Below are positions 45,493 to 55,517 of a stretch of 64,000 nucleotides of DNA, piece by piece. How positions within the stretch are numbered: position 1 is the first letter of the stretch; every line of letters starts with the position of its first letter. Where the stretch lies: positions 57,860 through 121,859 of the forward strand of contig CAVVPK010000048.1 of the NCBI GenBank assembly GCA_963750065.1, given 5' to 3'. The stretch is from an uncultured Alphaproteobacteria bacterium. GTDB taxonomy: Bacteria > Pseudomonadota > Alphaproteobacteria > Rhizobiales > Kaistiaceae. A program made the translations under genes and the position numbers. The notes under the pieces were generated by a model. It worked only from the letters and a program-made list of their open reading frames with translations, ran no database searches and had not been told where the DNA came from.

Positions 45493-46978
45493 GCGCTCCC
45501 CCGAACGAAGCCTGCAGGATCCTGCCCTGCGAGATATCGGCGCCTTCGAGCTTCACAACGGCGCGGCCCTCGCGAAAGACGTAGATGCGAGCGCAGTTCT
45601 CAAGTTCCTCGAGTTCGGTGGTGTACCAGACGAACCCGCGGCCTTTCTCCGCTTCCAGGCTGAGAAGGCGATAAACTTCCTGCTTGGTCCCGACGTCGAC
45701 GCCGCGCATGGGGTCGTCGAGAAATACAATGCGCGCATCGGACGCGAGTGCGCGCGCAAACAGCACCTTCTGTTGATTGCCGCCGCTGAGGCTGAGGATC
45801 GGCGTGTCGATTGACGGCGCCTTGATACCCAGCCGGGCGAACCAGTCGGTCGCCATGCTGCGCAGGGCTTCCATCGAGACTACGCCGCGCCGGGCGAGCC
45901 TGGCGAGGCTGCGAGCGGTCAGGTTGTCGGCAATCGACCAGAGAGAGAACACACCCTCGGTCAAGCGATCGCCGGCAACGAAGGCCGGGGCGGAGCCGGT
46001 GCTGCCCGCGTCGCGCTCGCAGGCAGCGAACATTGCGCGCAGGCGCTCGCGCTGACCGTGGCCGTCAAGCCCTGCAAATCCGATGATTTCTCCAGCCATG
46101 ACCTCGATCGTGTGATCGTCGGCAGCGCTTCCGGCGAAGCGCACCAGCGGCTGGGCATCGGAGTGGGTCAATGCTCTGTCTCGGCCGTCGCGCAGCTTCT
46201 CTATGCTGCCCATCGATTCGACAAGCTGGCTTCGAGTCAACTTATCGTTCTTGTGTTCGGCGGCGATCTTGCCGTCCTTCATCACCACGACGCGGTCGCA
46301 GACCGCAAGAATCTCGTTCAACCGATGGGTAATGAAGATCGAAGCGATGCCCCTGGCGGCGGCGCGGCGCACGTGTGCTATCAACTGCTGCGTCGCCTCG
46401 TGGCCAAGCGCCGAGGTCGGTTCATCGAGAACAACACAGCGCACCTTGGTGTCGCTTTCGCTGAACGCGCGCGCAATCTCGATCATCTGACGCTCGCCGA
46501 TCGGCAGGTTGCTCACCCGGCTGTTGATCGGAATTCCATGGCCTGGAAAGATATCGTCGAGCGCCGTGCCGATGATCTTCGCTGCGCGCAGCTTCCAGCC
46601 AACTCCGCTGAGAGCGTGGTGGATGACACGGGTATTCTCGACAGCAGTCAGGTTGGCGCAAAGCGACAATTCCTGAAAGATGACGCGCAGGCCATTCTTC
46701 TGCGCGTCGTTTGGCGACCAGTGATCTACGCTCGTGCCGTCGAAGAAGAACTGGCCGCTGGTCCGCTGGATCGTGCCCGACAAGACATTGATGAGCGTCG
46801 ACTTGCCGGCTCCGTTATGGCCCACCAGCCCGACGACCTCGCCTGGCATGACACGAAAGTCGACGCCGGCCAGCGCCCGCACGGCGCCGAAGTCCTTCAG
46901 TGCTCCGCGGACTTCGATCAGAGGATGCGCGACACCTGCGAGGAGTGCCCCGTTTTCAGGTGTCGCGCTTGTCGTCAT
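45485..46978 (-). CDS. sugar ABC transporter ATP-binding protein (CUT2, RbsA-like tandem ATPase)
   Basis: 497 aa. Walker A GHNGAGKST. The second half has LSGGNQQKVLFARAL. Confidence 0.9.
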   Translation of the reverse strand: MTTSATPENGALLAGVAHPLIEVRGALKDFGAVRALAGVDFRVMPGEVVGLVGHNGAGKSTLINVLSGTIQRTSGQFFFDGTSVDHWSPNDAQKNGLRVIFQELSLCANLTAVENTRVIHHALSGVGWKLRAAKIIGTALDDIFPGHGIPINSRVSNLPIGERQMIEIARAFSESDTKVRCVVLDEPTSALGHEATQQLIAHVRRAAARGIASIFITHRLNEILAVCDRVVVMKDGKIAAEHKNDKLTRSQLVESMGSIEKLRDGRDRALTHSDAQPLVRFAGSAADDHTIEVMAGEIIGFAGLDGHGQRERLRAMFAACERDAGSTGSAPAFVAGDRLTEGVFSLWSIADNLTARSLARLARRGVVSMEALRSMATDWFARLGIKAPSIDTPILSLSGGNQQKVLFARALASDARIVFLDDPMRGVDVGTKQEVYRLLSLEAEKGRGFVWYTTELEELENCARIYVFREGRAVVKLEGADISQGRILQASFGGAHG

Positions 46979-47015
46979 AGTAACAAAGTCCGCCTATTCT
47001 GCTTCGGACATCCGC

Positions 47016-48104
47016 CTATTTCGGAGCCGGGACACCCGGCAGCGGCTTGTTGTCGATATTGGCGTCGATGATCTCGCCGACGAGGTCCTGTGGGTATTCC
47101 GCGTTCACAACACCGCCCTTCGGAACCGTCTTCAGCCAAGCGTCGAGGTCGGGCTGGTTGATAGTCAACAGGGGCACTTCGACGAACTTCGGCACCTGCT
47201 TGCCGGCGAGTATTTGCTGGGCGACCCAGAAGGCGACCTGCGAAACGCTGGGAGTGGCGCCAAGCGAGAACGTCTGGTAGCCACTCGCGGCGTTTTCATC
47301 CTTCCACAGCTGCAGTTCGTCCTCGCGGTTGCCCATGATGATGATGGGGAGTTCACGGCCCGCCGCCTTGAACGCCTGCGCGGCGCCCCAGCCGTCGCCG
47401 CCCTGGGTAAGGACCGCGTCCACCTTGGGCAGTGAGGGCAGAATGCCGGCGACTTCCTTCTGTGCCACCGTCGCCGTCCATTGCCCGAATACCTCGCCGA
47501 CGCTCTTGTAGGTCGGGTGTTCTTTCATCATCTTCACGACGCCCGCATGCAGGCGAGTTTCAAATCCGTCGCCAGCGATACCACGGATTTCGAGGATGTT
47601 GGCCGGCTTGTCGCCGAGTTTGCTGGCGATGAAGTCGAGTTCCGCCTTGGCATAGGAGTCAAGATTGTAGTCAACGCGATAGGCGCACGGCTCGGTGACG
47701 CCGCTGGCAAACGCAACCACCGTGATGCCGGCATTGCAGGCATCCTTCACCGCGCCGTTGAGCGCCGTGTCGGAGCCGGCCAGCACGATGATCGCATTGT
47801 AGCCCTGAAGGATCAGGTTCTCCATCTGCGAGGCTTGCTCGGTGACGTTATTGTTGGCGCTTACGGTCGTGTAGCCGGCGATCTTGCCGTCCTTCTTGGC
47901 CTGCTCGGCCATCAACTCGAAGCTCTTGATCATCACCTGGCGGAATGAATTGCCCGCATATGAGTTGCTGAAGGCGATCTTCATCTTGCTGGTATCGCCC
48001 GTGGCAAGCCCATCAGCAGCCATCGCGGAAAGGGGAACAAGGGCGCTGAAGGCAAGCAGTGTTGCGGCAAGTGCTGCCGACTTCTTAGGAAATCCTAGTG
48101 TCAT
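47016..48104 (-). CDS. sugar ABC transporter substrate-binding protein (type-I PBP, RbsB-like)
   Basis: 362 aa. Signal peptide ...AATLLAFSALVPLSAMAAD. Confidence 0.88.
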   Translation of the reverse strand: MTLGFPKKSAALAATLLAFSALVPLSAMAADGLATGDTSKMKIAFSNSYAGNSFRQVMIKSFELMAEQAKKDGKIAGYTTVSANNNVTEQASQMENLILQGYNAIIVLAGSDTALNGAVKDACNAGITVVAFASGVTEPCAYRVDYNLDSYAKAELDFIASKLGDKPANILEIRGIAGDGFETRLHAGVVKMMKEHPTYKSVGEVFGQWTATVAQKEVAGILPSLPKVDAVLTQGGDGWGAAQAFKAAGRELPIIIMGNREDELQLWKDENAASGYQTFSLGATPSVSQVAFWVAQQILAGKQVPKFVEVPLLTINQPDLDAWLKTVPKGGVVNAEYPQDLVGEIIDANIDNKPLPGVPAPK

Positions 48105-48154
48105 GGGTATCCTCCCGTTGGTTCACTGGTGGAATCCTGCTTCGTCGGCGCCTC

Positions 48155-49402
48155 CTAGTTTAGGCGAAGCGAGGGGGTTGAGCTGATGGTGTGGTCAGCA
48201 AAGTCGGTGTTGGGAAGCGACGGATACCAGCCGGGCCGGCCGGGGTCGCGGTCGTAGGGGTAGCCGCCAAGCGACTTGTAGAGGTCAGCGTAGAGACCGA
48301 GCTTGTCACGGTCGAGCACGACACCAAGACCGGGACCCGTGGGCACCGAGATGGCGCCGCCGCGATAGGTCATCTTGCCGCCGACAATCACGTCGTCCTT
48401 CAGGTGATGGTAGTGAGCATCGGCCGCATAGGTGAGGTTGGGCAGCACGGCACCAAGGTGCAGCATGGTCGCGAGCTGGATGCCAAGCTCACCTGACGAA
48501 TGGACGGCGACGTTGAGGCCGAAGGTTTCGCAGATCTGCGCCGCACGGATGCATGCACGGACGCCGCCCCAGAAGGTCGTGTCGAGAAGGATCACGTCCA
48601 CCGCGGTGTCGCGCACATTGGTGGCAAGCTGCTCGAAATCGATGATGATCGTGTTTGTCGCCAGCGGAATGGCTATCTTTTCCCGGAGATGCCGCATGGC
48701 GGCGAAGCCCCAGACCGGATCCTCCAGATAGTCGTTGCGCAGGGGATCGATGGAACGGGCAAAGCGCATCGCCGCCTCGATGGAGAGCGCCGCATTCGGA
48801 TCGTAACGCAGCGAGTCGGCGGGGAATGCACCAGCAAGCGCCCGATAGCACTCCAGTTCATAATCCGGGTGGAACACGCCGGCCTTGAGCTTATGGGTAC
48901 GGAAGCCATGCACCGCCTTCAACGCCCGCGCATGGTCGACGAGTTGGTCGATCGCGCGAACCTCACCGGTGCCGCTCTCGGGGTCGGGATAACGAAAGAA
49001 GAGATAGCTGGCGAAATCCACGGAATCGCGGAAGCGTCCGCCGAGAAGCTGGTAGACGGGCACGTCGAGCTTCTTGCCGATGATGTCGAGACATGCGAAC
49101 TCGATGGCCGCGTGAAGCTGTGTGCGGTTGTTGTAGAGCGACGCTGTCGGGTTGCAGATCGCGTAGCGCAACCGATTGAGATCGAACGGGTCGTGGCCAA
49201 CCAGGTAGGTCTTCAGAACCGCAAAGGCCTGTGCCGCGCTTTCGCCGCCACCACCCATCTCGCCAAGGCCGATGATGCCTTCGTCCGTGTCGACCTCGAC
49301 AACGGTGCGTACGAAGCGCCCCCAGTGCGCGCCGTTGCTGTGCCTGAGCGGCGCCTCCAGCGGCACGGTCACGGTGGTCGCGCGAATGTCGGTGATCTTC
49401 AA
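48155..49402 (-). CDS. enolase-superfamily dehydratase (glucarate-dehydratase-like)
   Basis: The probable TTG start at 49402 ([15 protein letters not shown]...) follows GGAGGTGGGG; the longest ORF reaches 49513. Motifs are HKLKAGV, RYDPNAA, YLEDPV and LATN. 415 aa. Confidence 0.8.
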   Translation of the reverse strand: MKITDIRATTVTVPLEAPLRHSNGAHWGRFVRTVVEVDTDEGIIGLGEMGGGGESAAQAFAVLKTYLVGHDPFDLNRLRYAICNPTASLYNNRTQLHAAIEFACLDIIGKKLDVPVYQLLGGRFRDSVDFASYLFFRYPDPESGTGEVRAIDQLVDHARALKAVHGFRTHKLKAGVFHPDYELECYRALAGAFPADSLRYDPNAALSIEAAMRFARSIDPLRNDYLEDPVWGFAAMRHLREKIAIPLATNTIIIDFEQLATNVRDTAVDVILLDTTFWGGVRACIRAAQICETFGLNVAVHSSGELGIQLATMLHLGAVLPNLTYAADAHYHHLKDDVIVGGKMTYRGGAISVPTGPGLGVVLDRDKLGLYADLYKSLGGYPYDRDPGRPGWYPSLPNTDFADHTISSTPSLRLN

Positions 49403-49547
49403 CGAAACACCCCACCTCCGAAAGGGGCGGCGCACAAACACTCGCGGCCGTCCCCGCGCGGGTTTTTGGCAGTCCCATGGGAACCGCTTGACCACCCGAC
49501 TTTTGACTACCATACCAGTTGTGATTTAGTTTGACTAGTATCCTAGC

Positions 49548-49568
49548 CTGATTAGATTGGCTAATCAG
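49548..49568. promoter_or_regulatory. inverted repeat in the divergent GntR/dehydratase promoter region; candidate GntR operator
   Basis: CTGATTAG ATTGG CTAATCAG has perfect 8-bp arms with a 5-nt spacer. It lies 46 nt upstream of the GntR gene start. TTGACTA occurs twice (49503, 49531). Confidence 0.5.
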
Positions 49569-49613
49569 CGACGATGGGTTGGGCCATGAATTTTCAACAA
49601 GAATTCGCGGCTG

Positions 49614-50285
49614 GTGCTGAATGCCGGGGCGGCAGTCGGCCCGCAGATCTATCGAATCCTGCGGGAGCGGATCATTCGCAACGACATCCTGCCCGGCGCG
49701 CGCATTGTGGAGCCGCAGATCGCCGCGGAGTTCTCGGTCAGCCGCCAGCCGGTGCGCGAGGCGCTAATCAAGCTGTCGGTCGAGGGCCTCGTCGAGGTTC
49801 GTCCGCAGCGCGGCACATTCGTTCGCAAGATCGCGGTCTCGGAAGTCCTGGATGCGCTGTTTGTGCGCGAGGCCATCGAGGCCGACATCGTCAAGGAGCT
49901 TGCTAACTCGCTCTTGCCGGAGCTCGCGGGGGAGCTGCGCGGCCAATTGGCCGAGCAGCAAATTGCGGCGGCTAACAATCCCCAGCGATTTATGGAGCTG
50001 GACGAACGATTCCACCGGACGCTCGCCGAAGCCGCGGGCAAGATCCATGCCCGCAACCTCATCGAGAGCGTCAAGGCGCAGATGGACCGCGTCCGCTATT
50101 TCTTCGTCCATCGTTATCCGATGGATGTGTTTGTGGAGCAGCACGGGGCTATCGCGGACGCCATTGCTGCCGGCAATGCGGAAGAGGCCGAGAAGGCCAT
50201 GCGCATGCATCTGCGTTACAATCTTAAGAATCTGCCGGCGATTGCCGCGAGCAACCCGGAGTTCTTCGAATCTGCGGACAGGTGA
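49614..50285 (+). CDS. GntR family transcriptional regulator (FadR/FCD subfamily)
   Basis: 223 aa, GTG start. wHTH (IAAEFSVSRQPVREALIKLSVEGLVEVRPQRGTFV) and an all-helical FCD domain. Confidence 0.88.
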   Translation: MLNAGAAVGPQIYRILRERIIRNDILPGARIVEPQIAAEFSVSRQPVREALIKLSVEGLVEVRPQRGTFVRKIAVSEVLDALFVREAIEADIVKELANSLLPELAGELRGQLAEQQIAAANNPQRFMELDERFHRTLAEAAGKIHARNLIESVKAQMDRVRYFFVHRYPMDVFVEQHGAIADAIAAGNAEEAEKAMRMHLRYNLKNLPAIAASNPEFFESADR

Positions 50286-50329
50286 CCCGACGCCTGCCCA
50301 TCGGCTCCGCACCATGAAGGAATTCACAC

Positions 50330-51370
50330 TTGAAGACCCGTGTATGCCGTCTTTATGGGCGGTCGGACATTCGCATCGATATTGAAGAAGCCCCGACGCC
50401 TCGATCGGGCGAAGTGCTGCTGGCTATTGGCGTAGGTGGCATCTGCGGTTCTGACCTGCACTACTACCACGATGGCGGTTTCGGCCCGATCCGCGTGCGT
50501 GAGCCGATCATCCTCGGCCACGAGGCGGCCGGCACCGCCGTGAAGATAGGCGCCGATGTGTCCAATCTCGCCGCGGGCGACCGGGTTGCGGTAAATCCGA
50601 GCCGGCCTTGCGGGAAATGCCGGTTCTGCCGGGAGGGCCATTTCCAGCACTGCCTCAACATGCGCTTCAATGGTTCGGCTTTGCGTGTTCCACACGAGCA
50701 GGGCCTCTTCCGTGACCTGATCGTCGTGGATGCCGCGCAGTGCCTGCCGGTCAGCGCTGGCACCAGCCTGGCCGCAGCCGCTTGTTCCGAACCGCTGGCG
50801 GTCTGCGTCCACGCGGCCATCCGCGCCGGCGAGCTTGCCGGCAAGCGCGTGCTCGTGACTGGCGCGGGGCCCATCGGAGCCTTATGCACCGCCGTTGCGC
50901 GGGAACGCGGAGCCAGTGAAGTCGTCGTGACCGATCTCACGAACGCGACCCTGGCGGTTGCGACACGAATGGGCGCGACGCGAACGATCAACGTCGGTAG
51001 TGACGCAGCAGCCGTCGAAGCCTATTCAGCTGACAAGGGCTTTTTCGACATCGCCTTCGAATGTTCCGCCGCGCCGGCCGCCCTGCGAACGGCGATCGAG
51101 TCCGTCCGGCCGCTCGGCACGATCATCCAGGTCGGCGTTGCCGGCGACCTCCCCGTCCCGATCAACCGGATCGTGGGAAAAGAGATCGAACTAAAGGGAG
51201 CGCACCGGTTTCATGCAGAGTTTGCGGAGGCGGTGCGGCTCATAGATCGTGGGATCATCAACGTCGAACCGGTGATTACCGACACGTTGCCGATGGAGCG
51301 AGCCCGCGAGGCCCTTGACGTGGCGGCTGATCGGTCGCGATCCGTCAAGGTGCAGCTCTCGTTTGCCTGA
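50330..51370 (+). CDS. zinc-dependent medium-chain dehydrogenase, L-idonate 5-dehydrogenase-like
   Basis: 346 aa, TTG start. Motifs GICGSDLHYY, ILGHEAAG and the structural-zinc motif CGKCRFCREGHFQHC. Confidence 0.85.
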   Translation: MKTRVCRLYGRSDIRIDIEEAPTPRSGEVLLAIGVGGICGSDLHYYHDGGFGPIRVREPIILGHEAAGTAVKIGADVSNLAAGDRVAVNPSRPCGKCRFCREGHFQHCLNMRFNGSALRVPHEQGLFRDLIVVDAAQCLPVSAGTSLAAAACSEPLAVCVHAAIRAGELAGKRVLVTGAGPIGALCTAVARERGASEVVVTDLTNATLAVATRMGATRTINVGSDAAAVEAYSADKGFFDIAFECSAAPAALRTAIESVRPLGTIIQVGVAGDLPVPINRIVGKEIELKGAHRFHAEFAEAVRLIDRGIINVEPVITDTLPMERAREALDVAADRSRSVKVQLSFA

Positions 51371-51440
51371 GCCTCAGCGATCCGATTGGCGGCGTTCTTT
51401 GAGTTGATCCTCTGCCGGCGGTTACAGGGGCACATCGGCA

Positions 51441-52116
51441 ATGGCTCTGCCGGTGATCGTTCTTGGTGGAAGGCTGTGCTGCCAGTGGGATCGCCCATCC
51501 AATTTGGATTGATCGCCGAGCATTTCCGGCCGCCGTCGAGCAATGTGCGGCGGTGGTCGAATGGGCATTCGCCGAAGCCGAGGCGCTTGCGATCGATCCC
51601 GAACGGATTGCTGTCGGCGGCGACAGCGCCGCTGGCAATCTCGCTGCTGCGATGACGATCAAGTTCCGTGGTGCGGCGCAGAAACTGCTGGCCCAGCTGC
51701 TGATCTATCCGGCGGTGGAATTCACACAATCCCGGCCATCATTCAACGAAAATGCCGACGGTCCGATTCTCAAGGTCGCGGGTATGGCGGCAACCAACGC
51801 GATGTATTGCCCGAACCCGTAGGACCTAAAGAATCCGCTCGCGGCGCCGATGATGGCGCCGGATCATTCCGGCCTGCCACCGGCCTTCGTGGCAGTCGCC
51901 GAGCATGATCCGTTGCGTGACGATGGCGTTGCCTACACCGACAAACTTGAAGCGGCCGGCGTTCCAGTTGTCCTCGACCGCGGTCAAGGGCTGATCCACG
52001 GCTACCTTCGTTCGATGGGCTATTGCGCCGCCGCTCGCGAGAAGCTCGCCGCAATGAGCAAGTGGCTGAATCATCGGAACAGCCATGCGGTTGCGAGCGA
52101 TGAGCGGTCCCGTTGA
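51441..52116 (+). pseudogene. alpha/beta-hydrolase (hormone-sensitive-lipase-type esterase) pseudogene
   Basis: Family motifs are spread over three frames: LPVIVLGG (frame of 51441), LIAEH (frame of 51386), and FPAAVEQC...IAVGGDSAAGNLAA (GDSAG box, frame of 51463). An in-frame TAG at 51820-51822 is followed in the same frame by ...GLPPAFVAVAEHDPLRDDG...HGY. The N-terminal ~40 aa are absent. Confidence 0.75.
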
Positions 52117-52376
52117 TCGTATCGTCGCGCAGACCTTCGGAAATGACCCGCACGGCATGCTTGGTTGCCGGCGACAGGATGCTGAAGCGTGTCCTGCTGA
52201 AGGCGGTCTACCGCGCATGGAAAGTACTCGGGCGGCCGGTCGCGAGACGTCGCGCCTTTCTGCCAATGAGGTGGGGCGAGAAGCAAATTGAGGCCCTCTT
52301 GGTCGCGCTCGATGAAATTCCGAGCCGATATGAGTGAACCGTCTTGCCCCATCGAGGGGCCGTCTTCCACGGCGCG

Positions 52377-53387
52377 CTAGTCGCGCTCCACGAGCTCCGC
52401 TTCCAGCACAACACGCCGCGAGGGCTTCTTCCCGCCGACGATGTCGATGAGCAGGCGGGCCGCCTCGCGGCCGATGCGATAGGCAGGCTGGCGCACCAGC
52501 GACAAATGCGGGTGGAGCTCCAAATTCCACGGAAGCTCGTCGAAGCCGATGACGTTCATCTCTTCGGGAATGGCGACCCCGCGTTCCTGCAGCGCGCGCA
52601 GCGCTCCGACCGCCATGCGGTTGTTGGTGACGAAAAGCCCGTCGGGCCGCTTCTTGACGTCGAGAATGCGCCCCGCGGCTTCGTAGCCGCCGTTCTCCAT
52701 GTAATTGGCGTAGATAACCAAGTCGCGGACTTTCTGTCGACCAGCGGCGGTAATGGCGCTGTAATATCCGTTGAGCCGGTCCCGGGCGGTCGAGTTCTCG
52801 CGCGGCCCCGTTATGCAAGCGATCCGCTCGCATCCTTTGCCGATGAGATGGCGCGTAGCGAGAGCCCCTGCATCCTTGTTGTTGACCAGCACCGACCCCG
52901 ACGCCGCCGCAAGGGCCATGTCGACAGCGATGACCGGCAGACCGCGGGCGATCAATTCGGAAATATCCGTCCTGCGCGCAGAAGCAGGGCTGATGATGAC
53001 GCCGGTGGCGTTCTGGTCTGCGACCACCCTCAGATAGTCGCGCTCCTTATCGATGTTCCGGTCGGCGTTGCATAGGATGACCGAATAGCCGGCAAGCCGG
53101 GCGGCGTCTTCGACGCCGCGGCAGATCGCCGTGTAGAAGGGGTTTTCGATGTCCGTGACGATGAGCGCAATCACTTGGCTCGATTGGCGGCGCAAGCCGC
53201 GTGCAACCAAGTTGGGCCGGTAATTGAGCTTCTTCACCGCCGCGAGGACGAGCTTCCGCGTCGCTGGCTCGACTTCGGCAGAGCCGGTCAGGACGCGGGA
53301 CACCGTCGATGGGGACACTCCGGCTTCCCGAGAGACGTCCGCCATCCTGACCACGGAGCCTTGCTCCCGCCGCTTCGATGAATGCAT
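52377..53387 (-). CDS. LacI family transcriptional regulator
   Basis: HTH (VRMADVSREAGVSPSTVSRVLTGS). ATG 53387 was chosen. Alternatives are GTG 53354 (GGGAG RBS) and GTG 53432 (longest ORF). Confidence 0.85.
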   Translation of the reverse strand: MHSSKRREQGSVVRMADVSREAGVSPSTVSRVLTGSAEVEPATRKLVLAAVKKLNYRPNLVARGLRRQSSQVIALIVTDIENPFYTAICRGVEDAARLAGYSVILCNADRNIDKERDYLRVVADQNATGVIISPASARRTDISELIARGLPVIAVDMALAAASGSVLVNNKDAGALATRHLIGKGCERIACITGPRENSTARDRLNGYYSAITAAGRQKVRDLVIYANYMENGGYEAAGRILDVKKRPDGLFVTNNRMAVGALRALQERGVAIPEEMNVIGFDELPWNLELHPHLSLVRQPAYRIGREAARLLIDIVGGKKPSRRVVLEAELVERD

Positions 53388-53438
53388 ACCTTCAGGCACA
53401 AACCCCAAGGAACCCTGCGGCGCATTTAGCACAATTGT

Positions 53439-54197
53439 TCAATGGCCGGCTAGCCAAGCCGTGAGTTGCGACCAGAACGCCGCATAGTGGGGCCACGCCA
53501 GAAATTCGGGACTTCCCCAATGCGGCGAGCAGTCGGAGGCAAACGCGGCGACCCGACCCGATCCGTGCTGACCGAGCGTCAGGAAGGGATCGTCGCCAAC
53601 CGACAGGATCACCTTGGCGTCACCTTTTGCCCGGAGCCGATTGTAGCCGAGAAAATACGGCCAGTCGCCCGGAATTCCCGCAAGAACGGGATGGTCGCCG
53701 ATCACCGTGGGTGTCACTCCCTCGGGTTCCTCAACGCGGTCGTCGTTTTGGGCTATCTCAACCGGCAGTGCGGCGGCGAGCGGCGAGGTCGCATAGCGCG
53801 CCCTCCCCTCGAAACCGCCAAATGACATGTAGCCGCCAATCATCAGCAGCCCGCCGCCTTGTGCGACGAACTCGACCAGCGAACGAAGCCGGTTGGGACG
53901 GCGCTCGCCCTTGACGAAGACAGCATGCGGAAGCAGCAACAAATCGGCCGGCAGGTCGCTTAGGACGACGACATCGAAGCGGCTCTTGAGCTCCCCCGCA
54001 GTATAGGGAAAGCCTTCCACTGCTTCATGGTTGCGCAAATAGGTGATGTCGAAGCCGGACGATCTGAGCGCCGCGAGAAGGTCACTGGCGCCCTCCTCGT
54101 AGGCCGAGGTCGTATAGCTGTTGGCGCCTTTCGTATGAATCGCATAGGTGGCCCAACTCTCACCGGCGAACAACACTCGCGTCGCTTCTTCAGACAT
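53439..54197 (-). CDS. GATase1-like (DUF1355 / putative glutamine amidotransferase-like) cytoplasmic protein
   Basis: ATG 54197 (MSEEATRVLFAGESWATYAIHTKG...) follows GTGAGGG; TTG 54212 is the alternative. It resembles the class-I GATase-like fold family that lacks an obvious catalytic Cys context. This assignment is by recollection only. Confidence 0.6.
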   Translation of the reverse strand: MSEEATRVLFAGESWATYAIHTKGANSYTTSAYEEGASDLLAALRSSGFDITYLRNHEAVEGFPYTAGELKSRFDVVVLSDLPADLLLLPHAVFVKGERRPNRLRSLVEFVAQGGGLLMIGGYMSFGGFEGRARYATSPLAAALPVEIAQNDDRVEEPEGVTPTVIGDHPVLAGIPGDWPYFLGYNRLRAKGDAKVILSVGDDPFLTLGQHGSGRVAAFASDCSPHWGSPEFLAWPHYAAFWSQLTAWLAGH

Positions 54198-54251
54198 GGA
54201 GCCCTCACTCAATCTATTGATTCAGAATCGACGCGCAAGGCGTCGTTAGGT

Positions 54252-55517
54252 TCACATTCGACGAAGCCGTGCCGAGGAATTCGGAGCTTTCTGCGTGCTG
54301 CGATCTCGACGAATTTGATCCAGGTCCAAGCTGGACGAGAGGAGTCTCTCAACGGCTTCGGCATGAACGAAGACCTCGGCCAATTGGACAGCTTCATCAA
54401 CTTTGTGGATGCGACTGACGTCACCCGGGCCGAAAATCACGGTTGGGCATTTGAGCAGCCCACTGATCAGCCGGCCGTCCGATCCGGCTGGAAACCCTCG
54501 CGGACGGACCTCATCGCGGCCCAGCGCGCGAGCGAGCGCTTTGATCGGAGTGAGATCCAACTCGGTGGAGAACGGCTTGACGTTGTGCAACTCGCGGACA
54601 TCCAGCGTGATCACCGGATTCTGCCGGGCCCTCCAGTCCGCGATGATCGCGTCCGTCTCGGCGATCAGGCAAGACTCGTCAGCCGGATGATAGGTGAAAC
54701 AGACTTCCATCTCGCAGTCGGCCGCGACGCTGGTTGCACCGATGCCGCCCTTGATGCTGCCGATGTTGACGGAAGCCGGCCCAAGCAAAGGATGCGTCTT
54801 GCGACGCGGTGCGGTCGCCCACCCCATGAGATCATGGGCGAGCGTCATCGCCGCTTCAACGGCGCTGACGCCCTGGTGTTTCATGTTGGCGTGCGCCTGA
54901 CGACCGCCAAACTTGAACAGCATCGCCCGGCTACCAATCTGGCACGTGGCAATCTCCACGCTGGTCGGCTCGCACACGATCGCAAAGTCGGGAATCCGCC
55001 CTTCGGCCAGCAGTTGATCGACGCAGGCAAGCGTTCCCGTTCCGCCGCCGGCCTCTTCGTCGGGCACGGACTGAATCTCGACATAGCCGCGCAGTGCGCC
55101 TGCGGCCTTGGCGCGCGCCACGCCGGCGATCGCGCCCACCAGACCCGCCTTCATATCGGCTGAGCCGAGTCCGTTCATCCAGCCGTCGACAACGCGCGGC
55201 GCCAGAGGATCAATCGCCCAGCCGGGCGTGGCCGGCACTGTATCGATATGGCCGTTGAGCAGGACGAACCGCCCTTCCTCCCGACGTCCCCAGGTGCCGA
55301 CCACCGCGAACATATGTTCGGTCGGTGTCGGCGTGACGAAGCCGTAGCAATCCTGCAATACAACTTCGTTGACAGGCACGATGCGCACATCGTCCGCACC
55401 GGCTTCGCGCATCAAGCTCTCGACCACGGCCTGCGCCGCGGCTTCCTCTCCGGACAACGAACTCGTTGCAACAAGCCTTGCAAGCGCCTGTTCTATCCAA
55501 ACCGCATCCCCGATCAC
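54252..55517 (-). CDS. M20 family metallopeptidase / deacylase (ArgE/DapE/CPG2 type)
   Basis: 421 aa, GTG start overlapping the permease stop. Motifs LLNGHIDTVP, GLGSADMKAG and VPDEEAGG. Confidence 0.88.
   Translation of the reverse strand: MIGDAVWIEQALARLVATSSLSGEEAAAQAVVESLMREAGADDVRIVPVNEVVLQDCYGFVTPTPTEHMFAVVGTWGRREEGRFVLLNGHIDTVPATPGWAIDPLAPRVVDGWMNGLGSADMKAGLVGAIAGVARAKAAGALRGYVEIQSVPDEEAGGGTGTLACVDQLLAEGRIPDFAIVCEPTSVEIATCQIGSRAMLFKFGGRQAHANMKHQGVSAVEAAMTLAHDLMGWATAPRRKTHPLLGPASVNIGSIKGGIGATSVAADCEMEVCFTYHPADESCLIAETDAIIADWRARQNPVITLDVRELHNVKPFSTELDLTPIKALARALGRDEVRPRGFPAGSDGRLISGLLKCPTVIFGPGDVSRIHKVDEAVQLAEVFVHAEAVERLLSSSLDLDQIRRDRSTQKAPNSSARLRRM

Noticed and set aside
52113-52337. 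74-aa ORF (52 aa from ATG 52179) downstream of the esterase pseudogene
   Set aside because: No family assignment and weak coding bias in the second half. It lies in a region of evident gene decay and may be a relic.
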